Shown piece by piece: positions 10,204 through 19,096 of a DNA stretch of 64,000 nt. The stretch is from an uncultured Actinomycetota bacterium (GTDB taxonomy: Bacteria > Actinomycetota > UBA4738 > HRBIN12). The stretch covers positions 24,672 through 88,671 of the forward strand of contig CAVVAK010000004.1 of the NCBI GenBank assembly GCA_963746335.1, given 5' to 3'. Position 1 is the first letter of the stretch, and every line of letters starts with the position of its first letter. The position numbers and the translations under genes are program-made. The notes under the pieces were generated by a model, which saw only the letters and a program-made list of their open reading frames with translations, was not told the DNA's origin and did no database searches.

Positions 10204-10219
10204 GCGGGTCATGACCCGC
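10204..10219. repeat. Perfect 16-bp palindrome GCGGGTCATGACCCGC in a divergent promoter region; candidate operator
   Basis: Read directly from the sequence. It lies in the 112-nt spacer between the PhoX-like start (10135, -) and the CocE/NonD hydrolase start (10248, +). The function is inferred only. Confidence 0.5.
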
Positions 10220-10247
10220 ATGGCTGCAGGTTGTACCGTGCGCGCCG

Positions 10248-12203
10248 ATGGCCGACGAGCGCCGCTTCCTCGAGATGGACGACGGGGTGCGGATCGCCGT
10301 CACACTCCACTTCCCGGAGACCCCTCCGCCGTGGCCGGTCGTCTTCGAGGCCCGCCCCTACCGCAAGGACGACTTCTCCGATGCGACGGAGATCTACCGA
10401 CGTCTGTGCGACGAGGGCGGGCTCGCGGTCTGCCGCGCCGACGTTCGCGGGACGGGCTCGTCGGAGGGCGTCGCCGAAGACGAGTACACGGATCGGGAGT
10501 TCCGCGACCACGTGACGACGATCGGGTGGCTGGCAGATCAGGACTGGTCGAACGGCAACGTCGGGATGTACGGCACCTCGTACTCCGGGTTCAACTCCCT
10601 GCAGGTGGCCGCGCTCCGTCCGCCGGCGCTCAAAGCGATCATCCCGATCTACGCGACGGACCGGCGCTACACCGACGATGTCCACTACGGCGGGGGCGTG
10701 CGGCGGGGGATCGACTTCCTCGACTACCCCGCGTACATGGTGGCGATGAACGCGCTCCCGCCGGTCCCCTCGATCTACGGCGAGGGATGGCGCGAGGAAT
10801 GGCTCCGCCGGATCGACGCCAACGAGCCGTGGGAGATCAACTGGCTCGAGCACCAGAACGAGGACGACTATTGGCGACACGGATCGGTGTTCTTCGACTA
10901 CGACGCGATCGAGGCCGCCACCCTGGTGATCGCGGGACACGCCGACGGGTACCGCAACATGGCGTTCCGCGCGTTCGAACGGCTCCAGGGCCCGAAGAAG
11001 ATCCTCTTCGGGCCCTGGAGCCACATGAGCCCACGGCTCTCGATGCCGGGGCCGCGGATCGACCACGTCCCGGTGATGATCGCGTGGTGGAAGCGGTGGC
11101 TCGGCGGCGATGCGGCCGTCGACGTCGAACCGCCGATCTCGATCTTCGTGCGGCGATGGACCGATCCGGAGCCGGACCTGGACTCCTACGCCGGCGAGTG
11201 GCGAGCCGAGCCGGCATGGCCTCCGTCTCGGCTCGAGGAGGATCGGCGACCGCTCGCCTCGGCGGCGGCGGCGCCCGCCGAGACTGCCGCCGGAGAGCCC
11301 GCCACGAAGGATCGCCTGGAGATCAGAGGGGACGTGGGGGTCACCGGGTCGATCTGGTGCGCCGGCACGCTCCCTTTCGGGATGCCCTGGGACCAACGAC
11401 CGGACGAGGCATTCTCCCTCGTCTACGACTGGCCCGTCACCCAGGAGATCGAGATCATGGGTCATCCGCGCGTGGAGCTCTCGGTCGGTGCGACGGCCCC
11501 AGTCGCCTTCGTCTCCGCCAAGCTGTGCGACGTCGCCCCCGACGGGAGCTCAGCGATGGTCACGCGCGGGATCCTGAACCTGACGCACCGTGACTCGCAC
11601 GAGCTCCCGGAACCACTCACTCCCGGCGAGCCCGTCGTGGCGACGATCGACCTGGACGCGACGTCCTACGTGTTCGAGCGGGGACACATGATCCGGCTGG
11701 ACCTCGCCGGGAGCGACTTCCCCTCGTCGTGGCCGCCGCCGTTCGCCGGCGCGATCGAGATCGATCGCGCCGGCTCCACCCTCGTCCTGCCGGTTCTGGA
11801 CGGCCCACCCCTCCTCCCTCCTCCCGAGTTCGAGCCGGGACACGCCGAAGCATCGCGACCCGAGCGGGTTCGCTGGGAGATCGCCGAGGACGTGCTGGCG
11901 CGCGAGCGAACCGTCACGATCGATCACGGCGGGGTGCGCGGACGCAGCGGACTGGCGAACGGTTCGGATCGCTACTGGGGTGCGATCGAGGTCCGACCGC
12001 ACGAGCCGGGGAACTGCCGGGCGACCGCCGGTGCCTCACTGGAACTGGGATGGGTCGAGGCCTCCGTGAGATCCGAGGCCTGGGCCACGCTCCGCTCCGA
12101 TCCAGAGACCTGGCACCTGACGATCGGGCTGACGGTCTTCGAGGGAGACGAACAGATCGCCGAGCGGCGGTGGGAACGGACGACCGCGCGCGACCTGCAG
12201 TAG
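10248..12203 (+). CDS. CocE/NonD family hydrolase (S15 X-Pro dipeptidyl-peptidase-like)
   Basis: 651-aa ORF. Motifs: ARPYRKDD, VCRADVRGTGSSEG, NGNVGMYGTSYSGFNSLQVA (nucleophile elbow GxSYxG), and a C-terminal beta-sandwich-like region. Confidence 0.85.
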   Translation: MADERRFLEMDDGVRIAVTLHFPETPPPWPVVFEARPYRKDDFSDATEIYRRLCDEGGLAVCRADVRGTGSSEGVAEDEYTDREFRDHVTTIGWLADQDWSNGNVGMYGTSYSGFNSLQVAALRPPALKAIIPIYATDRRYTDDVHYGGGVRRGIDFLDYPAYMVAMNALPPVPSIYGEGWREEWLRRIDANEPWEINWLEHQNEDDYWRHGSVFFDYDAIEAATLVIAGHADGYRNMAFRAFERLQGPKKILFGPWSHMSPRLSMPGPRIDHVPVMIAWWKRWLGGDAAVDVEPPISIFVRRWTDPEPDLDSYAGEWRAEPAWPPSRLEEDRRPLASAAAAPAETAAGEPATKDRLEIRGDVGVTGSIWCAGTLPFGMPWDQRPDEAFSLVYDWPVTQEIEIMGHPRVELSVGATAPVAFVSAKLCDVAPDGSSAMVTRGILNLTHRDSHELPEPLTPGEPVVATIDLDATSYVFERGHMIRLDLAGSDFPSSWPPPFAGAIEIDRAGSTLVLPVLDGPPLLPPPEFEPGHAEASRPERVRWEIAEDVLARERTVTIDHGGVRGRSGLANGSDRYWGAIEVRPHEPGNCRATAGASLELGWVEASVRSEAWATLRSDPETWHLTIGLTVFEGDEQIAERRWERTTARDLQ

Positions 12204-12210
12204 CCCGCGG

Positions 12211-13197
12211 TCACTCCGCGCGGGCGCGCCACTCCGACAGGAGCTCCGCTTCCTTCTTCGAGGTCATCCCCGCAACGAGCAACGGCAACCCCCGTTCCCG
12301 GTCCCAGCCGAGCGTGTCCGCGATCGTCTGGTCGAAGGGTCGTGGCCGGAGCCCGACAGCGGTCGCCTTCTTCGCGTCGTACGCGTGGAACCCCGGGAGG
12401 TGCGGATGCCACATCGGGAACCACGTCTCGTGTCGATCGCCGAGCGCAAGCACCCAGTCCCGATCGGCCCAGACGAACGTCGTATGGGCGTCACCGGCGG
12501 ATCGCGCCGACTCGAGGACGTCGGCCGTCGTCGCCGGCTCCGCGGGACCGACCACGCCATAGGTGTCCGTGTCGGATGCCTCGATCCTGTCCAACACGAA
12601 GATGCCGAGGTCCCGCGCGTCGATCCCCTGGATCGACGCGTCCGGCGGGCCGGCGGCGAGCATCTCGCCGCCGGCCGCCGCCCGTCGCACCCAATAGGTG
12701 AAACGGTCGGTGGGATCGTGCGGTCCCACGATGTACCCGGGCCGGATCACGAGGAGCCGCTCGGCGAACGCGGAGGCCGCCTCGGTCTCGCACGCGACCT
12801 TCTGCGGTCCGTAGAGCTCATCCGTGTCTTCATCGGTCTCGGGGAACGGAAGCTCATGGGTCGGGGTCTCCTCCGTCGCGCCCACGGGGAGGTCGTCCGG
12901 GTGGACCGAGAGCGACGATACGAGCGTGTAGTGAGCGGCGCGATCGCCGATCGCCTCCGCGAGCTCCCTGACATCCCGCGGCACGAACGCGCAGGTGTCC
13001 AGGACGGAGTCCCACGTCCGGCCGGCGAGGAGCTCGAGTCCGTCCTTCCGATCGCCGTGGAGGTGCTCGACATCCGGGAAGTCTCCGGGCTCCGATCCGC
13101 CGCGATGGAAGACCGACACCTCGTGGCCGCGGCGCGCCGCTTCCTCAACGAACGCACGTCCGAAGAAGCGGGTGCCGCCGATCGTCAGGATCTTCAT
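12211..13197 (-). CDS. NAD(P)-dependent epimerase/dehydratase-family (SDR) protein
   Basis: 328-aa ORF. Rossmann N-terminus MKILTIGGTRFFGRAFVEEAARRGHEVSVFHRG. Confidence 0.8.
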   Translation of the reverse strand: MKILTIGGTRFFGRAFVEEAARRGHEVSVFHRGGSEPGDFPDVEHLHGDRKDGLELLAGRTWDSVLDTCAFVPRDVRELAEAIGDRAAHYTLVSSLSVHPDDLPVGATEETPTHELPFPETDEDTDELYGPQKVACETEAASAFAERLLVIRPGYIVGPHDPTDRFTYWVRRAAAGGEMLAAGPPDASIQGIDARDLGIFVLDRIEASDTDTYGVVGPAEPATTADVLESARSAGDAHTTFVWADRDWVLALGDRHETWFPMWHPHLPGFHAYDAKKATAVGLRPRPFDQTIADTLGWDRERGLPLLVAGMTSKKEAELLSEWRARAE

Positions 13198-13213
13198 GAG
13201 GTCGGCCGGGGCG

Positions 13214-14239
13214 TCAGGCGGCCGGCTCTTCCATCGCCGGCGACCACTCCCCGTTCCGAGCGAGCCCGTTCATCCGCGCGCGATGAGCCAGGGCCGCCTG
13301 CGCCGCCTCGACGTTGGATGCGTCTCCGCGCCACGCCTGCAGTGGTGCTTGCTGGAGTGCCCGGCCGTAGGAGAAGGAGATCTGCCACGGAGCGCCACCT
13401 CGCCGGTTGATCTCGTTCAGCCTGCTCGTCGCCTCTTCGTCGGTCATCCCGCCGGAGAGGAAGACGATGCCCGGCACCTCCTCCGGCACGTGGGTGAGCA
13501 GGGTCCGTAGCGTGGCCTCCGCGATCGTGGCGTCGTCGGCCTGCGTCGCGGCATCCTTCCCGGGAACCACCATGTTCACCTTCAACAGCGTGGCCGGGAG
13601 ATCGATCCGATGGCCGGTCATCTGTTCGTAGAGGGCCCGAAGCGCATGCCCGGTCGCGGCCTCACACGCCGCGATGTCGTGATCCCCGTCCATCAGGACC
13701 TCGGGCTCGACGATCGGCACGATGCCGGCCTCCTGACAGAGCGCCGCGTACCGCGCCATCGCATGCGCGTTGGCGAGGACCGCGAAGTCGGTGGGACGAC
13801 CGTCCCCGATGAAGTAGGTCGCCCGCCACTTCGCGAACCGGGCACCGAGCTCCCGGTACTCGGCCAGCCGCTCGCGCAGTCCGTCGAGACCCTCCGTGAC
13901 GGTCTCGCCCTCGAAGAGCGCGAGGGGCTTGGCTCCCGTGTCGACCTTGATCCCGGGGATCGCGCCGGCTTTCTCGAGCACCTCGGTCAGCGGCGTCCCG
14001 TCGTCGCTGGACTGACGGATCGTCTCGTCGAACAGGATCACGCCGGAGATGTGCTCGCCCAGCCCGGGCGTGGTGAAGAGCAGCTGCCGATAGGCACGAC
14101 GGTTCTGTTCGGTGGAGTCGACGCCGATCTGATCGAACCGCTTTTCGATCGTCCCGCTCGACTCATCCGCGGCCAAGATCCCCTTCCCCGGGGAGACCAG
14201 CTCACGGGCGGTTTCGCGGATCGCATCCGGTGCATCCAT
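13214..14239 (-). CDS. Fructose-bisphosphate aldolase, class I
   Basis: 341-aa ORF. Motifs: GKGILAADESSGTIEKRF, GVILFDETIRQ, PGIKVDTG, LLKVNMV (Schiff-base Lys region), VFLSGG. Confidence 0.9.
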   Translation of the reverse strand: MDAPDAIRETARELVSPGKGILAADESSGTIEKRFDQIGVDSTEQNRRAYRQLLFTTPGLGEHISGVILFDETIRQSSDDGTPLTEVLEKAGAIPGIKVDTGAKPLALFEGETVTEGLDGLRERLAEYRELGARFAKWRATYFIGDGRPTDFAVLANAHAMARYAALCQEAGIVPIVEPEVLMDGDHDIAACEAATGHALRALYEQMTGHRIDLPATLLKVNMVVPGKDAATQADDATIAEATLRTLLTHVPEEVPGIVFLSGGMTDEEATSRLNEINRRGGAPWQISFSYGRALQQAPLQAWRGDASNVEAAQAALAHRARMNGLARNGEWSPAMEEPAA

Positions 14240-14354
14240 CCGACCTGCTCCTCTACTCGTATCGGGACCGGGTTCCAGCCTACGGCGGGCCGAGGAGGGC
14301 GGGCAATCGACTACCTCGACTTAGGTACCCGGATGAGGGCGCCGATAGGAGAGC

Positions 14355-15200
14355 ATGCGGCGCCACGCTCACCCCTCGAAGCTCGCGATCGCCCTCACCT
14401 TGGTCGTCGGGCTGCTCACGCCGATGGCGGCCAACATGGTCGGCGCGCAGGCAGGCGCCTCCCACGCTTCTGTTCGCTCCTCCCTCGCTGCCCGGGTCCC
14501 GGCGACGCCCCGGCCGCGTGGGTTCGAGCTCCCGGCCACCGGGATCCGTCCCGACCCCGCCCAGATCGCGCGTGTCGCCGAGCGCGTCGCCCGCTGGACG
14601 AACGTCCTCGTGCACGTGCCCCACACGCTTCCTGCCTACGCTCGCCCTCGCGCGGGTGCCGCTCAGGTCGGCGTCGTGCCCTCGGGCTCCAAGTACTACG
14701 GGATCCCGATCGTCGCGTGGGTCGAGACCGTGTCGGGCGACGGTCGATGGGGGCTCGTCGAGCTCCCCTACACGTGGCCCCGGCGCGAGGGCTGGATCCG
14801 ACTCCGAGGCCTCACGCGAGACGAAACCCGCGTGCAGGTGGACGTCGACCTCTCCCAGCACATGGTGACCGTTCGGAAGTTCGGCACGGTCCTGTTCCGA
14901 GCCCCGGGCGCGACCGGCTCGTCGTATTCCCCGACCCCGGTCGGCGAGTACTTCGTGACCGACCGTGTGCCGTTCTCGGCCGGCGGCGCGCTCGGCTCAT
15001 TCGCGTTCGGCATCAGCGGCATCCAGCCTCGCCTTCCCGCCGGATGGTCGGGGGGGAACCAGCTCGCGATCCACGGCACCAACAACCCGTCGTCGATCGG
15101 CCGGAGCGTGAGCGCCGGCTGTATCCGCGTGTCCGAAGGGACGCTCGACCGGCTGATGCCTCTGCTCAGGTACGGCACGCCGGTGATCGTGCACGCGTGA
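14355..15200 (+). CDS. L,D-transpeptidase (YkuD domain), secreted
   Basis: 281-aa ORF. Signal peptide KLAIALTLVVGLLTPMAANMVGAQA. Catalytic motif LAIHGTNNPSSIGRSVSAGCIRV. Confidence 0.85.
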   Translation: MRRHAHPSKLAIALTLVVGLLTPMAANMVGAQAGASHASVRSSLAARVPATPRPRGFELPATGIRPDPAQIARVAERVARWTNVLVHVPHTLPAYARPRAGAAQVGVVPSGSKYYGIPIVAWVETVSGDGRWGLVELPYTWPRREGWIRLRGLTRDETRVQVDVDLSQHMVTVRKFGTVLFRAPGATGSSYSPTPVGEYFVTDRVPFSAGGALGSFAFGISGIQPRLPAGWSGGNQLAIHGTNNPSSIGRSVSAGCIRVSEGTLDRLMPLLRYGTPVIVHA

Positions 15201-15212
15201 CCGCGGTCAGCT

Positions 15213-15746
15213 TCACGATCGTTCCGCTTCCGGGATCGCGTCGACGAACTCCTGCAGATCCTTGACGTGCGCATCGGCATGCTCGAATGGACCCCGTCCC
15301 ACGAGGAGCTGACCCATCCGATGCCCGAGCGACTTCCGACCTCGCGGCGTCGCCGGGTTCTCCCAGCGGGCGTCGGGCATCGTCCTGAGAGCTCGGATCA
15401 GCTCCCCGTGCACGTTGTCCCAGTCCCGGAGCACCCGAGCGAGCGTGTGTCGTGATCGCGCGCGGACACCCGCCGCGTTGATGGCCCCGATCGAACCGGC
15501 GTAGATCTCACGATCGATCGGCGCTCGCTCGCCTTCATCCCACGCGGCCAGCGCCTCGAGCACCTTCTCCTCCCAGAAGCAGAGGTGCCCGAGCAGGTCC
15601 TTGGGCGCCCACTCCCCGCCGCCGACGCCGGGCCTGGCCATCCAGTGAGGTGGGACCTGTTTCGTGAGGCGTCGGATCGTTGCGTGTCCGCGCTCGAGGA
15701 TGTCGATCGCCTCTTGGCGTGTGGGCACGGTCGCGTCCTCCCTCAT
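15213..15746 (-). CDS. DinB/ClbS-like helical-bundle protein (weak functional call)
   Basis: 177-aa ORF with coding-like composition. APKDLLGHLCFWEE and HVKDL are reminiscent of DinB/DUF1706 families. No catalytic motif identified. Confidence 0.5.
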   Translation of the reverse strand: MREDATVPTRQEAIDILERGHATIRRLTKQVPPHWMARPGVGGGEWAPKDLLGHLCFWEEKVLEALAAWDEGERAPIDREIYAGSIGAINAAGVRARSRHTLARVLRDWDNVHGELIRALRTMPDARWENPATPRGRKSLGHRMGQLLVGRGPFEHADAHVKDLQEFVDAIPEAERS

Positions 15747-15773
15747 GATCCCGCGCGTGTGGCGGCTCGGACG

Positions 15774-17666
15774 CTAGCGCATCGGGGATCGGCTCGAAGG
15801 CCGAGACGACCGATGGGTGACGGCGGCGATCGCTCCCGCCGCCGACACGACGATCACCATCACGACACCACCCACCCCGCCCGTCCTCACACCGAGGCGC
15901 TCGACCAGGAGCGCTGCGACGACGAGGACCAGGAGACCGGTGGCCGGCGCGAGCGCGAGGCGCAGCGCGAGGGACCCGCCTCCGAAACGGACGGCCCAGC
16001 CGGCACCGGCGAGCGCGATCACCGCGAGCGAGGACGCGCACCACGCGGCGAGCAGCGCCGTCGATGGTCGCTCGGGGGCGACCGGTCGCGCGGACGGGGG
16101 CGGCGGACCCGAGACGACGGCCATCCACCCGTTCGACCTCCACTCGGGGTGCGCAGCGACCATCGGCGCGAAACCGGTGTGATGAGATCGGAGGATCACG
16201 ATGGCCGGATCCTGCGACAGCAGGGAACGGGCGGCTCGCCAGGTCTCCTGGGAGATCTCATCGAAGCCGGCCACCTCCGGGCGGAGGGTCGGGCGCCCAT
16301 CGTCGAGGATCTCTGGGTCGCCGAGATAGACGGTCGTCGCGAGGGCGAGACGAGCCGGCAGCTCGGCTCGGATCCGGCGCATCACCGGAACGGTCCCGAA
16401 GCCGCCCTCCGCCCTGGGCTCGTCGACCACGACGATCGCCGGGCGATCCGCATCGGTCAGGTATCGCCCCAGCGAGTGGAACTCCGCCAGGGCCGGGTCC
16501 TCGCTCCACGGCTGCCTCGTTCGCCAGGCCTCCCATGCGAACGTCACGGAGAAGAGCAACGCGGCGACCGCGACGATCGCGGCCGCGGCGGTAGCCACCC
16601 TCCCGAACCTTCCGCGCACCCAGTCGACCGAAGCCAGCAGGCCGACCGCGCCGAGGAACGGGATGGCCAGCGCGAAGGAGAGCGCACGTGGCACCGGGAC
16701 GGTGCGACCGGCGACGTAGACGAGGGCGGCGGCGGCCGGGACGAGGGCCCAGGGGATGAGCAGCCAGGCGGCGCGCCGACGCGACCGAGCCTTCGCATCG
16801 ACCGCCACCCAGGCGCCGCCGATCACGGCGGCGACCGCGGCAGCGGGCAGCCGGTAGAAGGGGAGCTGGGCGGAGAGGTGGCGATCGACCGAACCGCGCG
16901 TGAGACCGATCGGTGTCCGCGGGACGCCTGGCGTCCCGAGCAGGAGCGCGGCGATCCCGAGCCCGGCGCCCCCCGCGATGATCGTCCCCACGCGTCCCGA
17001 CGCGGTCTCGGCGAGCGGGCGTCCCCGCCGGCGATCGCCGAGCGACGCCGGCAGGCACGCGACCGCCAGCATCCCCAGGAGCAGCGTGAACAGCAGCGCG
17101 AACTGCCAATGCACGAGCCACGACGCGAGGAGCGCCGCGGCGCCGAGCGCCCGTCCCGGGCCGCCGCCGGCGGCGCGGAGTGCCCCAGCCGCGGCCACCA
17201 GCAACAGCGGCTCGACCAGGAGCTGATCGAGGTACCCGTTCGCGGCCAGCGCCACGTGAACCGAGGCCCCGGTCGCCACACCGGCGAGAGCGATCCCCCA
17301 TCCGGGCACACTCGGGATGGCGCCGGCGAGCGCCGCGGCCGCCAGCGCGATGGTGGCCGCGACGACGGCCGGGAGGACGTACGCGAGGTCTCGGGCATCG
17401 GCGCGGGTGACGGACGACAGTGCGGAGAGGAGGAGCGGCAATCCCGGACGATCCGCGTTGGTGTTCAGCGCCTGCGATCGGCCGTCCGATGCGGGGAGGG
17501 CCTCGAGACCGAGCTCCGCGACCACCTCGGATCGCCAGACGTGTTGGGAGGTGTCGCTGCCCGCCGGTGCGACCCCGGTCCCGCTCACGATGTATCGCCC
17601 CAGGAACAGAAGAGACGGCACCACCACACAGGCCGCGAGGCCGACGGCGAGAGCGAGACGCCTCAC
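15774..17666 (-). CDS. Large polytopic membrane protein of unknown function, with an extracytoplasmic domain near the C-terminus
   Basis: 630-aa ORF with many Ala/Leu/Val-rich hydrophobic segments. A roughly 170-aa polar segment (WRTRQPWSEDPALAEFHSLGRYL...HPEWRSNGWMAVVSG) is followed by further hydrophobic helices. Its GTG start overlaps the stop of the upstream kinase gene (GTGA at 17663..17666). Confidence 0.7.
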   Translation of the reverse strand: MRRLALAVGLAACVVVPSLLFLGRYIVSGTGVAPAGSDTSQHVWRSEVVAELGLEALPASDGRSQALNTNADRPGLPLLLSALSSVTRADARDLAYVLPAVVAATIALAAAALAGAIPSVPGWGIALAGVATGASVHVALAANGYLDQLLVEPLLLVAAAGALRAAGGGPGRALGAAALLASWLVHWQFALLFTLLLGMLAVACLPASLGDRRRGRPLAETASGRVGTIIAGGAGLGIAALLLGTPGVPRTPIGLTRGSVDRHLSAQLPFYRLPAAAVAAVIGGAWVAVDAKARSRRRAAWLLIPWALVPAAAALVYVAGRTVPVPRALSFALAIPFLGAVGLLASVDWVRGRFGRVATAAAAIVAVAALLFSVTFAWEAWRTRQPWSEDPALAEFHSLGRYLTDADRPAIVVVDEPRAEGGFGTVPVMRRIRAELPARLALATTVYLGDPEILDDGRPTLRPEVAGFDEISQETWRAARSLLSQDPAIVILRSHHTGFAPMVAAHPEWRSNGWMAVVSGPPPPSARPVAPERPSTALLAAWCASSLAVIALAGAGWAVRFGGGSLALRLALAPATGLLVLVVAALLVERLGVRTGGVGGVVMVIVVSAAGAIAAVTHRSSRPSSRSPMR

Positions 17667-18955
17667 GCCGACTCCGCGAGCAGCGCGGGCAGCGCGCGCT
17701 CGGGGACGTAGCGCCAGCCGGGAAGGTACCTGACGGCGTAGACGAGCTCATGCAACTCCTGCGCGACGCGGAGCGGACGCAACAACCGATCGTCGAACAG
17801 GGCGGATGACCCGAGATCGGCGAGCTCGCCCCGATAGGCGTGGAGACACGCATCGGACGCGTCCCTGATCCATCCCGCCACGGATCCCCCACGCCGTCGT
17901 TCCACGATCCTGCCCACGTGGTCGAGAGATTGCACCAGGGAGGCGACGTCGCGCGCCGGAGGACCGGCGATGGTCCCGGGACCGAGCGGATCTCCGTCCA
18001 GATCCGAGACCGCGAGTCCGTCCTCCCACCGGAGGAACTGGCCGACGTGGAGATCGCCGTGGACCGGGATCGTGACCGTCTCTCGGCTCCGGAGGTCTTC
18101 GAGCTCCTCGCGGATGCGAACGGCGCTCTCGCGGAGCCACGCGCCGTCGTCCCCCTCGATCGACGTGAGTGCTGCACCGAGGTCGGTTTCGGCGCTGCGC
18201 CGTGCTTCGGCGATCGCGTGCTCGTCGGCCGGCGCGGTCGGCGCCGGCAGTACGTCCGTCGGCGTCGCGAGCGCCACGTGGAGGCGGGCCGTCATCGCCC
18301 CGAGCGCGGCGGCCGGGTCGACGGGGTCGGCGGAGCGGTCCTCGAGCGATCGCTGGAGGAGCTCCACGTACCAGTCCCAGCCGTCTCGAGCCCCGGGCAG
18401 GTACGCGGCGATCGAGACGAGAGGTGCCTCCCCGTCGTCGTGCTCCCACGAGGCGTTCCCCAACGGAGCCGGCATCTCCTCGAACCGGGCCGCCATGAGG
18501 TGAGCCGGGAGCACCATGGGCCGCTCGTTGCCGGGAGTCGTCCACACCCATCGCTTCACGACGACCGTGCCGCCCACCACGATCGACTCGTTCGACTGAT
18601 CCACCTCGATCGGCCGCTCTCCGACCACGGCTTCGACGGTGCCGAGCCGCCTGAAGGAGAACCTCCCCGACCCGTCCTCACTCGCGACGTGTGCCAGCAA
18701 CTCCTCGGCCACCCCGTCCCCCACGCTCGCCCGGCGGAAGCGCTTCCCCTCCTCCACCACGGCCGCCGCCAGCAACCCTGCGCCGGTCTCCAGCACCAGG
18801 AGCCAGCGACCTCGACCGAGGTCGAGTGCGTCCAGCACCTCGATGGTTCCCAGCGGTTCGCGCCGGCCCGCGATCCGGCGGGCCGGCAGGAAGACCGCCG
18901 CCTCGCTCGATGCCACCCTGCTCTCGATCTCGGCTGCGGGTCTCTGCGCGGGCAC
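17663..18955 (-). CDS. Maltokinase (Mak/Pep2)-family sugar kinase homolog
   Basis: 430-aa ORF with GTG start. Segments parallel mycobacterial Pep2 as I recall it: VDQSNESIVVGGTVVVKRW, PVHGDLHVGQFLRW, VSDLDGDPLGPG...RDVASLVQSLDHV, ELVYAVRYLPGWRYVP. Confidence 0.8.
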   Translation of the reverse strand: MPAQRPAAEIESRVASSEAAVFLPARRIAGRREPLGTIEVLDALDLGRGRWLLVLETGAGLLAAAVVEEGKRFRRASVGDGVAEELLAHVASEDGSGRFSFRRLGTVEAVVGERPIEVDQSNESIVVGGTVVVKRWVWTTPGNERPMVLPAHLMAARFEEMPAPLGNASWEHDDGEAPLVSIAAYLPGARDGWDWYVELLQRSLEDRSADPVDPAAALGAMTARLHVALATPTDVLPAPTAPADEHAIAEARRSAETDLGAALTSIEGDDGAWLRESAVRIREELEDLRSRETVTIPVHGDLHVGQFLRWEDGLAVSDLDGDPLGPGTIAGPPARDVASLVQSLDHVGRIVERRRGGSVAGWIRDASDACLHAYRGELADLGSSALFDDRLLRPLRVAQELHELVYAVRYLPGWRYVPERALPALLAESA

Positions 18956-19096
18956 GTCGCGGAGTGTAGGTCCCCCACGCCAGCACGATTCACCCCCATT
19001 TCCCTACGGCAACTAGTCCTTTTGGGGGATGCGCCGGGGGATACCTCTGTACGACTATCGACATCCCCAGAGAGGCAGGAAAGGCGCGAACCCCCG

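Noticed and set aside
15585-18177. Long alternative-frame ORFs (708 aa forward at 15585..17711; 639 aa reverse at 16258..18177) across the membrane-protein/kinase region
   Set aside because: Both are highly Arg/Gly/Pro-rich. The chosen frames give coherent TM helices and Mak/Pep2 motifs and are linked by a GTGA junction.
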